Virus record (IMG/VR): IMGVR_UViG_3300048886_000738
Span: 1-30,529 of that record
DNA length: 30,529 nt
DNA from: a virus
Lineage: Duplodnaviria > Caudoviricetes
Reading direction: 5' to 3' (one strand)
How positions within the stretch are numbered: position 1 is the stretch's first letter; every line of letters begins with the position of its first letter. Under the pieces are notes generated by a model. The model was not told where the DNA came from. It did not search any database and saw nothing but the letters and a program-made list of their open reading frames with translations. Below, in pieces: positions 8,647-17,568 of the stretch. Made by a program: the position numbers and the translations under genes.

Positions 8647-8836
8647 AGTCTATGCTTTGTTCGGTTTCTGATCGTGAAGTCAGTTTTATTTGAAGAGAGT
8701 CTAAAATGATCTCCACCATTTCAGCCATGTCTTGTCGCATCTCGTCATAATCGTCTTCGTCCACTTCAACTAAATCTAAACAAACGCCAACTAGGTGGTC
8801 ATGGATAAGTAGCATCGCATCATCAGGTTTGTGCAT
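8609..8836 (-). CDS. Small acidic hypothetical protein
   Basis: 75-aa ORF with SD GAAAGGGAG upstream, divergent from ssb. Confidence 0.6.
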   Translation of the reverse strand: MHKPDDAMLLIHDHLVGVCLDLVEVDEDDYDEMRQDMAEMVEIILDSLQIKLTSRSETEQSIDFNCQISIPNQAT

Positions 8837-8857
8837 TGCGGCTCCCTTTCATGGGAC

Positions 8858-8886
8858 TTGTCTTTCGACCCTACCCACGATACACT
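8858..8886 (+). promoter_or_regulatory. Putative promoter of ssb
   Basis: TTGTCT, 17-bp spacer, TACACT. Confidence 0.5.
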
Positions 8887-8928
8887 GTTAGATACTGGGC
8901 AAACAACCAATGGTATTAGGAGACAATT

Positions 8929-9378
8929 ATGGCACGCTCATCTGCGGAAATAACCGTTAAGGGTAACAACGTTATCGACGTTGAACTGGGATTCACTAAG
9001 AACGGCAGCGGGATGCTCAAGTTGCGTCTCGCCGTTGAACGTTGGCGCAAGCAGGGAGAGAGTTGGGAAAAGACCAACACCTCCTTTGTGAATATCCAAC
9101 TGTGGGGGGAACTGGCAGAAAAAACTGCTGAGATCGTTGAAAAGGGTATGCGCTGTCAGGTGACAGGCTACTTAGAAGAGCGTAGTTGGGAAACCGACAC
9201 AGGCGAAAAGCGTTATGCAATGCAGGTTGTTGCAAATGACGTACTGATTCCTGTTGAGGACATTGAAACGATGACACGCGTCCAACGGAAAAAGCGGGAA
9301 GACGGCGACCGTCCAGCCGTGGCAATGAAGCCGACGGCCCCAGCCGCCGATCCATTCGATGAGGAATTGGACTTCTGA
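8929..9378 (+). CDS. ssb: Single-stranded DNA-binding protein
   Basis: OB-fold motifs (ITVKGN...QLWGELAE...KGMRCQVTGYLEERSWE), acidic tail ending DEELDF, SD AGGAG. Confidence 0.95.
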   Translation: MARSSAEITVKGNNVIDVELGFTKNGSGMLKLRLAVERWRKQGESWEKTNTSFVNIQLWGELAEKTAEIVEKGMRCQVTGYLEERSWETDTGEKRYAMQVVANDVLIPVEDIETMTRVQRKKREDGDRPAVAMKPTAPAADPFDEELDF

Positions 9379-9425
9379 CCAACCCATTGATGTAAACTTT
9401 AAAAAGTATATTCATAGGGGTAACA

Positions 9426-10151
9426 ATGTTAGAAGTCATAGATTGTTCTAAAGCCGTACATAAACAGGGCACGGAACTGCCCCCAATCGGACCCAAACTT
9501 GTTTTGGAATGCACGGAAACCAACGCGCCGGAAACGGCTGTTCGCATCTATGATCGGGATCCACGTTCTCATCGTCCTCATTATGTAATTGATCCTGTTG
9601 GATATCAGATTTTCAAAACCTCTGATAGCACCAAAGCGGTCATAGGAACTTTTGATCCTTCGGGGCCACAGTTTAAATCGCGTTGTGTATTTGTTGCTAT
9701 TTGCAAGTTTTCTAGCGTGTCCCTAGAGCCGGAACATTCTGTCAATGTCGGACGGTTGTTGCGTGTTCTCTGTGACATAGAGGGTGTGCCAGCAATTATT
9801 CACGATGGTCAGCCGGGGTCCACTATTGGTCCAGCATCTTTAAATGCCTTTGAAGGCATATTGGGTTGGGCGGTGTTTCCGGGGACTCCCGAAATTACGC
9901 AACCCGGCAACATGGATTGGGTTAACGTAGACAAAGGGCTGCAAGACTACGCAACTCCTGAGCGGTTGGGTATTTCCCCTGATATCGATATTTATGAAGA
10001 TACGACAGAGGCCGCTGAAGAAGTTGCAACAGAAGATTTGGAATCTCAAACGGTGGCCGGACTCAGAGAAATTGCATCTGAACTGGGCTTGTCTTACAGG
10101 GGTTTGAAAAAGACAGAACTAATAGATGCCATCACGGCTGCGCGTTCATAA
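9426..10151 (+). CDS. Degenerate amidase-2-like domain fused to a C-terminal Rho_N/HeH-like domain
   Basis: PKLVLECTET...PHYVID amidase-like pattern; C-terminal DLESQTVAGLREIASELGLSYRGLKKTELIDAI is Rho_N-like. Confidence 0.55.
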   Translation: MLEVIDCSKAVHKQGTELPPIGPKLVLECTETNAPETAVRIYDRDPRSHRPHYVIDPVGYQIFKTSDSTKAVIGTFDPSGPQFKSRCVFVAICKFSSVSLEPEHSVNVGRLLRVLCDIEGVPAIIHDGQPGSTIGPASLNAFEGILGWAVFPGTPEITQPGNMDWVNVDKGLQDYATPERLGISPDIDIYEDTTEAAEEVATEDLESQTVAGLREIASELGLSYRGLKKTELIDAITAARS

Positions 10152-10286
10152 CGATCGCGATCGTGCAAAATCTGTTAGTTGCAGTAGGTACTGATTAAAA
10201 TCAAATAACCTATTGTTCTTGTCTGCCAAGGCACGACTGGGAGACGCGGAGGGGAGACCGGAGAATAGCGCTTCCAATTTTTGCCC

Positions 10287-10922
10287 TTACTCCCGCCGCC
10301 CCTCCGCCTCTCGCATAGAAGAATAAAAAGCCGCTCGGTCAACTAGTGGCACATGGTCCTCAAAGAATGGCCTCCCCCGCACCGTTGGCTGCCACTTCGG
10401 TAGAACCGTTCGTTCTCTTTCTCGGGCAATGGCCATGGTTTCTTCCGACACGGGTGTTATGTCCCGAAACCATGCAGCGATTGTGTGTCTGTCGCCTTCG
10501 TAAACCAGATTCAGCCCGTGTTTAACTTTTGACCCGTAAAAGAACATCCCGCGACCCTTTTTGGGTTCGATGATTTCATCTCCTATAAAGGTTTCCCCAC
10601 CTTCAAAATCATCGTTCAGTACGATCACAGCGCTGTAAACGGTGTCTTCAAAATCAAAGTGAGCATTTAAACTGTTGCCTGCGCTCCGCTGAACAACTTG
10701 TAAATAATCCACAAACGAATTATCTACAGGGCTTTGACGGGCACAAGCCGCAAAAATAAATTGGACTTCTTTATATGCGGGATAGAAGTTAACCAAGTCC
10801 AACACTTCGCACGGGCCACGACCCGAATCCCCCGGACACCTCTCTTCCGGATATGAGTGGAACAACTCAATAAACCAGTCGCACTGCTCGTCCGTCAGAA
10901 ATCCATCTACTACTTCAAACAT
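10287..10922 (-). CDS. 2OG-Fe(II) oxygenase (prolyl-hydroxylase-like)
   Basis: DGFLTDEQC...HFD...SAVIVLNDDFEGGET...PKKG...HGL..V..GDRHTIAAW (HxD...H...R). Confidence 0.9.
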   Translation of the reverse strand: MFEVVDGFLTDEQCDWFIELFHSYPEERCPGDSGRGPCEVLDLVNFYPAYKEVQFIFAACARQSPVDNSFVDYLQVVQRSAGNSLNAHFDFEDTVYSAVIVLNDDFEGGETFIGDEIIEPKKGRGMFFYGSKVKHGLNLVYEGDRHTIAAWFRDITPVSEETMAIARERERTVLPKWQPTVRGRPFFEDHVPLVDRAAFYSSMREAEGRRE

Positions 10923-10935
10923 CCTCTTATGTTAC

Positions 10936-11883
10936 TCAAGAACACAAGATCTCTAAGTAATCCTCTTTTAATACCATTTCACCACCGCGCTTGTCCTGCT
11001 CCCACCACAAGTCTAATTGATGGTGGTAAACATTCCATTGGTCTTCCCGCGACTGATACGTTCTTGGTTTCTGTGCCATCGCTATCGGGCGTCGATCCTT
11101 TTCGTCGGCCACAATAGGGAATGCCTTCATGTAGAAATCCTTATAGGAAAGTTGTCCTAATATCCATGCATTCCGCATGTAAGCGTACTTCTTCCCGTGG
11201 GAATCAATTCCGGTGTAGTACGGATCTTCGGCTGTATTCCTTTTGGGTGTTTCGATGCGGACAAAAGCAAACGCATCAAGATGCTTATCAAGCGTTGGCC
11301 TGTACACGCCGGAAGTTCTTGTACGACGACTACAGGCAAACAGCGGACCATCAGCCCCCATCGGAATGCTGACATCCCAATCACCTCTGGGCCTGTACGA
11401 CGCGCCCTTTGTTTTGACATCAACTCGCTTTGAGTCGGCACCAATAAGGAAATCATAATCGGAAGTGCTTTCACGGACTATGGGAACCTCTATCTCCTTC
11501 AAGTGTTCCCGATAGATGATTTCCCCCAACATTCCAGTTAAGCCCTTCGCCCCCTCCATAACGGAACCTCTCGGGTGGGCGGGCAGTTCTGCCAGAAACG
11601 CGAGGGCTTCTTCCAGATATGGCCCAATGTCAATCTCGCAAACACCCGTATCAACATTCCACGGCCATGGACGCCAATGCTTGAGGGTGTTCCAATCGGG
11701 ATGCACATACGGTGTTCGGGGATAAACAACCCCGTCGATTTCGCGGTGCCACGGATCGATCATGTACATCTCTTCTAGACCGGCACCCCAATATTTGGAA
11801 TTTTCCTCAAAGGAAAACTGCATGGGGTATTGGCCGGTGTCATATAGAGCGTCGTTGCGCTTCAACAATTCAGACATCATCAA
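10936..11883 (-). CDS. Hypothetical protein with PD-(D/E)xK restriction-endonuclease-like motif
   Basis: GMLGEIIY...YDFLI...RVDVKTK...AWILG. Confidence 0.6.
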   Translation of the reverse strand: MMMSELLKRNDALYDTGQYPMQFSFEENSKYWGAGLEEMYMIDPWHREIDGVVYPRTPYVHPDWNTLKHWRPWPWNVDTGVCEIDIGPYLEEALAFLAELPAHPRGSVMEGAKGLTGMLGEIIYREHLKEIEVPIVRESTSDYDFLIGADSKRVDVKTKGASYRPRGDWDVSIPMGADGPLFACSRRTRTSGVYRPTLDKHLDAFAFVRIETPKRNTAEDPYYTGIDSHGKKYAYMRNAWILGQLSYKDFYMKAFPIVADEKDRRPIAMAQKPRTYQSREDQWNVYHHQLDLWWEQDKRGGEMVLKEDYLEILCS

Positions 11884-12553
11884 ATAGGGTAGGGCCGTCT
11901 TCCGGACGAGAAATCCACGGCTTCTTCCACTCCTCCTTTTCTTCTTCCATCATTTCAAGTTCAGCCAGATGGAGCGGGTATTCTTCCCACTGCATTTCAA
12001 GATGATCAAGCCACTCAATCAAAGTTCCCACTTCTTCTTCTGATCCGGCCCGATCCTTGAGCGCTATCAACTGCATCGTGGCCTTTTCACATTCTTTCTC
12101 CAACCACTTCAAGTATTCCGGAGAATCAAGGGTGGGATGGGATGGAGTAGGAATCTTGATAGAAGGTGTGCCAAACATTTTGCGAGTGCCTGTAACTTCC
12201 TTATCCAAATCTGCTATCTGATCCAAGAACGGCATGGCCTTTCTTGCTATCTCATGTATGGCCTGAACCATCATGGCGACAAGATGCTCCGGCCAAACCT
12301 CAGTCTCTAAGAGATGACTGAAGACCTCCATGTTGGCCACCGAATCGGTGCCAGTAATAGGGTGAATGAAATCAAGTTCCCGCTCTTCCATTAGGAACTG
12401 CTTGACCAATCCGATAATCGGGTACTCGGCCTCTTCCAAGATTTTTCGCATGTCCTCCCAACGGAGGATGACGCCGATCTCTGCTCCCCAGCCATAGTTA
12501 GTGGAATCGGTGAGGTCGCCCTCCCAATCCTCTTTTCGCTTATGATCACCCAC
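11870..12553 (-). CDS. Hypothetical acidic helical protein
   Basis: In-frame GTG at 12553 preceded by SD GAGAGG; this start avoids the head-to-head overlap implied by the ORF track start 12592. Confidence 0.65.
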   Translation of the reverse strand: MGDHKRKEDWEGDLTDSTNYGWGAEIGVILRWEDMRKILEEAEYPIIGLVKQFLMEERELDFIHPITGTDSVANMEVFSHLLETEVWPEHLVAMMVQAIHEIARKAMPFLDQIADLDKEVTGTRKMFGTPSIKIPTPSHPTLDSPEYLKWLEKECEKATMQLIALKDRAGSEEEVGTLIEWLDHLEMQWEEYPLHLAELEMMEEEKEEWKKPWISRPEDGPTLFDDV

Positions 12554-12585
12554 AGGGTGTACCTCTCTCAAGTAATCTGGCGTTG

Positions 12586-13737
12586 ATGCCACGGAAACGC
12601 CTATTTTTAGATATGTCAGTATTGGAAGCCGCCCGTGAACGGCTCCGTCACGTTTACGATACCTTCGATACGGTTGCAGTGCAAATGTCTGGCGGAAAAG
12701 ACTCTACCGCCGTCCTTCTGCTGGCCAAAGAGATCCATGACGAACGTGGATTAGGGCCGGTCAAGACCATTTTCAGAGACGAAGAAATGGTCTCCCCATC
12801 AGTGATTCGATACCTTGAATGGGTCAGAGACCTTCCGTGGGTTGACATGGAGTGGTACTGCCTCCCCATGGGTCAAGAGATTTGGGTGCTTGGTCGCAGA
12901 GAGTACGTCCTGCTTTGGTCTGCCCAACGGGAAAAAGAAGGACGCCTTATTCGGGACATCCCTCCATGGGCCATTACTGCTCAAGATTTTGGACTCACCA
13001 ACGAAACGGTCGTCCCTCAACCCGTTGACTATTACACAATGCAAGGCAAGGAAGGGCGGGTTGCTTTTCTAACCGGCATTAGAGCAAATGAATCCATGAT
13101 TCGGTACAGGTCAGTAGTTCAAAAACTCCACGAAAACTACATCAATCGTCCCTATCGACTTAGTAAAGCAATACCACTTAGATTGGTAAAGCCAATTTAT
13201 GACTGGACCACAGACGACGTTCTTAAATACATTATGGATAGCGAATTTGCCTATTGCGATTATTACGATTATGCGGCAATGTCAGGAGCAAATACGCGTG
13301 TTGGAATTCCTCTCCACTCTGTGGCGGCACGACGACTGAATGATGTTGTGGTAACTGAGCCAGAATTCTATGACTCTCTCCAAAGGGCTTTTCCACATAT
13401 TGACGCCCAGAAGAATTTATGGAAAGATTTTGATATAGAAAGATTAATAGCGTCTTATGCGAATGGTGAATGGTCGGGAGTAAGGGATTGTATTAATGAC
13501 AACATGCTCTCCGATGGAAAACATAAAGACGCAATGAAATTTGCTGCTGAGTTTAGAAGAAAAAGAAAGAACGACCCATATGGATATCCGATTGATCATC
13601 TAATCAGAACTCTGCTACTCAACGAGTTTCGCCATACCGCCCCTTCCCCTGTCGGGCCTAAAACTAGAGCGCACAGAATGCGTTTAGCAGCGCTACAGGA
13701 TGCTGACGACTTAGACAAAGCAGACGACTTGATATGA
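12586..13737 (+). CDS. ibrA: PAPS-reductase-family PP-loop protein, IbrA/YbdN-like
   Basis: VLEAARERL...SGGKDST...WYCLP...FLTGIRANESMIR...KPIYDWTTDDV...RVGIPLH; TAATCT lies 7 nt before the ATG (possibly leaderless). Confidence 0.85.
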   Translation: MPRKRLFLDMSVLEAARERLRHVYDTFDTVAVQMSGGKDSTAVLLLAKEIHDERGLGPVKTIFRDEEMVSPSVIRYLEWVRDLPWVDMEWYCLPMGQEIWVLGRREYVLLWSAQREKEGRLIRDIPPWAITAQDFGLTNETVVPQPVDYYTMQGKEGRVAFLTGIRANESMIRYRSVVQKLHENYINRPYRLSKAIPLRLVKPIYDWTTDDVLKYIMDSEFAYCDYYDYAAMSGANTRVGIPLHSVAARRLNDVVVTEPEFYDSLQRAFPHIDAQKNLWKDFDIERLIASYANGEWSGVRDCINDNMLSDGKHKDAMKFAAEFRRKRKNDPYGYPIDHLIRTLLLNEFRHTAPSPVGPKTRAHRMRLAALQDADDLDKADDLI

Positions 13738-14243
13738 AAATAATAGTTAAACCAGAAAATCTCAAAACTCCGGAATGGCGCACAACCTATATTCTTCGGA
13801 CAAATCTAATTGGTCTAAAGGAGTCTATTAAATCCTTTGGGATTATCTATCCAATCATTGCCATGCCGAACGGAACGATTATTGATGGATATGCCCGATG
13901 GGTAGCCGCCCACGATTTAGGACTACAGGAAGTACCCGTGGTTTACAACGATTGCAACAAGGTTGAAGCAATCCTATTACACATCCAACTCAATCGTTTT
14001 CGTGGGGATGTCGTTCCCTACCATTTGAGTCGTGCCATTCGGTCTCTTTCTAAAGCCATGGACGAGCGAGAGATTTTGAATACTCTCAACATGACGGCGG
14101 ACGAATTTGATGTTCTGATGGATGGAACTCTGATTAAAAAACGTAAGGTTAAGGAACACAATTACAACAAGGCTTGGGTTCCGATGGAGTCAACATCTAG
14201 TGAGGATTTCCAGATAGAACGCCCACCGACGCCTGATAAATGA
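13734..14243 (+). CDS. ibrB: ParB-like protein, IbrB/YbdM-like
   Basis: LKESIKSFGIIYPI...IIDGYARW...IQLNRFRG; ATGA-coupled to the IbrA-like gene. Confidence 0.75.
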   Translation: MKIIVKPENLKTPEWRTTYILRTNLIGLKESIKSFGIIYPIIAMPNGTIIDGYARWVAAHDLGLQEVPVVYNDCNKVEAILLHIQLNRFRGDVVPYHLSRAIRSLSKAMDEREILNTLNMTADEFDVLMDGTLIKKRKVKEHNYNKAWVPMESTSSEDFQIERPPTPDK

Positions 14244-14815
14244 AACTTAATCTTGGTTGTGGAAACCATTTCCCTAAAGGATGGGTCAACGCCGACCTTG
14301 ATCAATTCTGGCACGAAGAAGGAAAAGACGTTTCTCTTGTACGAGGAGAACCGCTGCCTTGGGAAAACGACACCTTTGATCAAATACAGTTATTTCATGT
14401 AATGAACCATGTGCCATTAGCAGAGATGGATGGCTTTTTATCAGAGGTGGAACGAGTTTTAGCCTCAGAGGGACGTTTACTTGTTGTTGATGAAAACTAT
14501 CCCGATGGCGTCCCTGACTACAAAGAAAACGGTGTTGCCGACGGTCCTCCGGGCAACGAATGGATTGATGCGTGGCTCTGCTACGAGGGGTCGCTAGACA
14601 TGCTGTTGCGTCAGTTTTTTCCTTACACCGAAACATTATGGTCTTGCACTCAAAGTGGGGAAAACAAAGTTAAAACCAAGAACACGCTATTCAATCAAAG
14701 GTGGGGAAGAATCGGTGAAAACGGATGGCTGGACTGGACCGACGATAATGAACTCTCGTGGGCCATTAAGGGCGTCGGAAAACATAGTTGCATGATTATG
14801 GTTCATGGCTGGTAA
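14240..14815 (+). CDS. Class I SAM-dependent methyltransferase (Methyltransf_11-like)
   Basis: KLNLGCG...GWVNAD...LPWENDTFD...HVMNH...EVERVLASEGRL. Confidence 0.85.
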   Translation: MKLNLGCGNHFPKGWVNADLDQFWHEEGKDVSLVRGEPLPWENDTFDQIQLFHVMNHVPLAEMDGFLSEVERVLASEGRLLVVDENYPDGVPDYKENGVADGPPGNEWIDAWLCYEGSLDMLLRQFFPYTETLWSCTQSGENKVKTKNTLFNQRWGRIGENGWLDWTDDNELSWAIKGVGKHSCMIMVHGW

Positions 14816-15503
14816 AAAACTCAATCTTGGCTGTGGAGAACATCATCCAGAAGGATGGATTAACGCAGACATCCAAAAAAGATGCAACCCTGATGTGTTG
14901 TTGCCCCCGCGGGAACCGGGCAAGACGGCCTGTGGTCCTTTGCCTTGGAAAGACGACACATTTAGTCAAGTCTTGATTTCCCATGTGTTGGAACACATTC
15001 GTTTAGAAGACGTAGATCTATTTTTAGGTGAAGTTCGGCGTGTAACCAAAATTGGCGGTCAGGTTCTGATCATCTGTCCTGACATAAAAGAACTACTACG
15101 AGACTTCCTTAGCCCGGAAGGGTTTAAACACGGATGGGAAATGGACAACGAAGCGTTATTTTTTGAATTCGTATTAGAAGACGATCGACACAGAATCAAA
15201 GATAACCCGGAACGGTCGGAACTACCCCACACAGATCACAGGTGGAATACATACGGGAGTCGGCTACTTGAAAAAGTACGAAGAACTTTTCCTGATTCCA
15301 AACTGCTAGGAACCACTGGCCCCGTCGATTACACGGGCGTTATCCAAATTCCTGAAACAACAGGAACCTGCATAGGGGAAGGCACTCCCGAAGAAGAATA
15401 CATCTGGACAGATAAGAATGGATATGTGTGGCCCACTGTTAGTTGGCACAAATATTCCTGCTCGGTGCTAGCCCAAAACACAGGAATTGACGGGCAGGAA
15501 TAG
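14805..15503 (+). CDS. Class I SAM-dependent methyltransferase (paralog of previous gene)
   Basis: KLNLGCG...GWINAD...LPWKDDTFS...SHVLEH...EVRRVTKIGG...CPD. Confidence 0.85.
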   Translation: MAGKKLNLGCGEHHPEGWINADIQKRCNPDVLLPPREPGKTACGPLPWKDDTFSQVLISHVLEHIRLEDVDLFLGEVRRVTKIGGQVLIICPDIKELLRDFLSPEGFKHGWEMDNEALFFEFVLEDDRHRIKDNPERSELPHTDHRWNTYGSRLLEKVRRTFPDSKLLGTTGPVDYTGVIQIPETTGTCIGEGTPEEEYIWTDKNGYVWPTVSWHKYSCSVLAQNTGIDGQE

Positions 15504-15596
15504 GATTCCAAACCCGCCAACTTCCCTGTGTTGCGGGTTCACCTCCTGCCTGCCAAGGTTCCGAAGGAACCACCTACCGGATACAGGCAAATCCTA
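15501..15596. other. Three-way-junction structured element between convergent genes
   Basis: TAGGATT/AATCCTA closing stem; AACCCG-CAAC/GTTG-CGGGTT hairpin; TGCCTG/CAGGCA enclosing GGTTCC/GGAACC. Confidence 0.45.
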
Positions 15597-15607
15597 CTAT
15601 TCTTATT

Positions 15608-17563
15608 TTATGAAGGCAGAAAGTCTTCCATAAGAGTTCCGGCATTTATCTCTTCCAAGTCTTCGATAGTGCCCTCTGTGGCAGCATTTACTATTGCACG
15701 CTTGTAATTGATGAGTTCATAAATCTGTTCATCAAGAGTTCCTGCTGCTAAGGCGTGGGTGATCTGCACAGAACCACGGGTTCCTATGCGATGCAATCGC
15801 GCAGACACTTGGTCAACATCAGCAGGAGTCCAAGGATGCTCCACAAACAGCATGTCCTGAGCAGCCGTCAAAGTGTGACCGGTCTTGGCAGCCTGAATAG
15901 AAAGAACAATCACAGGGGCGTCTTCTGCGCTCTCCTCCATGAACTTCCTCTTGGTGGCTTCTACATCATCAGAGGTCATCCCACCCTGAATCTTTAAACC
16001 ACCGTACTGGTCGGCCAATATGTCAACGATTTCCCGATGGTGTGCAGCAAGTACAACCTTGCGGCCCTCGTTGATACGACTTTCAACCCACTCGTCCACA
16101 GCCTTTAGTTTTGTTTTAGCCGCTATCCGCTTTAAAACGGACAATCTGATCAAATGCTCGTGAGCCTCCGCCTTGAACTTTGCTCTTACCGCTGCGCTTT
16201 TGGGATCTTGTCCTAGTTCCTTTGCAAGTTCAGCAGCCCGTTCTGCCACAAACCTGACAATGTCTTCTTCGGCTTTTTGATATTCCTTCAGATACTTCGG
16301 ATCGGGGTCAATCATCCATTCAGAATGTCGGATGGGCGGCAGATCTTGAAGAACCTGATCCTTTGTCCTTCTTATGTAACAAGATCCCCTTAAGCGATCA
16401 TTGAGTTCATCAAGGTTGCTCGCCCCATCAACATGCCATTGGTTAAATCTGTCTCGGAACGCTCCGCAGTAACGCTTATAGAATCCCCAAAGTCCACCGA
16501 ACTCCTTGAGTCTTCCAACAATTTCTAACTGAGGACCGTATTCCGCAGGTCGGTTCATAATCGGTGTTCCAGTAAGACAAAGAATAAGGCCACTTTTGGA
16601 AGCGGTTTTCACAAGTTTTTGGGCACGCTTCGTTCGTTTTGCTTTGGGATTTTTGAGATAGTGGCTTTCATCGAATATGTAGGAAAAATAGCCCTTCAGG
16701 TCTTCTGGGTGGAAGTCGATATTTGAATAACCAACGATGGTGAAGTCTGTGTCCTCTTCTGGGAAGTCGGAACGATTCGTCACTCGCTTCCATGTTCTTG
16801 TGGGAAAGAACTTGTCAATCTCTGTGGCCCAATTCAAAGCCAAATTGGGAGGACAAACAATAAGACACGGATAAGCGTCTTCGTGTTGTACGGCAGCCAA
16901 CGACTGTACGGACTTTCCTAAGCCCATTTCATCGGCCAAAAAAACCTTCTTATGATCTATGATGTACTGGACTCCGGCTCGCTGGTATGGCAGAAGTTCG
17001 CCGCGGATGTCAGGAATTTCGATATATGCGTCAACGGCGCGTGAGGCAGAAATCTTCTCTGATTGAGACTCAACTATCTTAAGGCGCATAGACTCAAGTT
17101 CTTCTGGAACATGCAAACGGAAATTCCGACAAAACTCAATAACCTGAGAAAGACTGGATACTGGGGCCAACCATGTTTTGTTTTTTGTGTCCCACCTAGA
17201 ACCAGCAACAAGTTTGACGGCAGCAACTTTGACCGAATCATAGGCGAACCTAATAACTAGATTCTGGTCAACAAGTTCGATTCCCTGTCTTTCATACGGG
17301 TGATCAGGTAGATCTAGCACTCGCAGGTCAGGATCAAGCCAATAGTCGAACTGAACGGCATACGCCTTGATCTGCTTCAAACTAGACACGGGGGCACGCC
17401 AAGTTTTGTTCAACCTGTCCCATCTAGCACCAGAAATTTGCTTAATAGCCGTAACTTCGGTAGCGTTGTAAGGGCTGTACAGCACGATTTCATCGTCATT
17501 AAGGACGATCCGCTTTTCTTCCTCCATAGGACTCATACTAACTTCGGAAAGTTTTTTCCGCAA
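15608..17563 (-). CDS. SNF2-family helicase with two N-terminal HARP-like repeats (SMARCAL1-like); true start probably ATG 17536
   Basis: LLPYQ, LADEMGLGKS, DESH, LTGTPIMNRP, RRTKDQV, QVSARLHRIG; tandem (Y...GARWD..NKTW.APVSSL) repeats. Confidence 0.9.
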   Translation of the reverse strand: MRKKLSEVSMSPMEEEKRIVLNDDEIVLYSPYNATEVTAIKQISGARWDRLNKTWRAPVSSLKQIKAYAVQFDYWLDPDLRVLDLPDHPYERQGIELVDQNLVIRFAYDSVKVAAVKLVAGSRWDTKNKTWLAPVSSLSQVIEFCRNFRLHVPEELESMRLKIVESQSEKISASRAVDAYIEIPDIRGELLPYQRAGVQYIIDHKKVFLADEMGLGKSVQSLAAVQHEDAYPCLIVCPPNLALNWATEIDKFFPTRTWKRVTNRSDFPEEDTDFTIVGYSNIDFHPEDLKGYFSYIFDESHYLKNPKAKRTKRAQKLVKTASKSGLILCLTGTPIMNRPAEYGPQLEIVGRLKEFGGLWGFYKRYCGAFRDRFNQWHVDGASNLDELNDRLRGSCYIRRTKDQVLQDLPPIRHSEWMIDPDPKYLKEYQKAEEDIVRFVAERAAELAKELGQDPKSAAVRAKFKAEAHEHLIRLSVLKRIAAKTKLKAVDEWVESRINEGRKVVLAAHHREIVDILADQYGGLKIQGGMTSDDVEATKRKFMEESAEDAPVIVLSIQAAKTGHTLTAAQDMLFVEHPWTPADVDQVSARLHRIGTRGSVQITHALAAGTLDEQIYELINYKRAIVNAATEGTIEDLEEINAGTLMEDFLPS

Positions 17564-17568
17564 ACCCC

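Noticed and set aside
12553-12592. Head-to-head overlap between the 240-aa minus ORF and the IbrA-like gene
   Set aside because: Better starts (GTG 12553 with SD; ATG 12586) remove the overlap
12586-13737. cysH auxiliary sulfur-metabolism gene
   Set aside because: It lacks the C-terminal ECGLH motif of true PAPS/APS reductases, and its length and ParB partner fit IbrA/YbdN
15552-15575. Resemblance to SRP RNA helix 8 or an HDV-like ribozyme
   Set aside because: It lacks the CAGG/AGCA symmetric loop and GNRA tetraloop, and no nested double pseudoknot could be built
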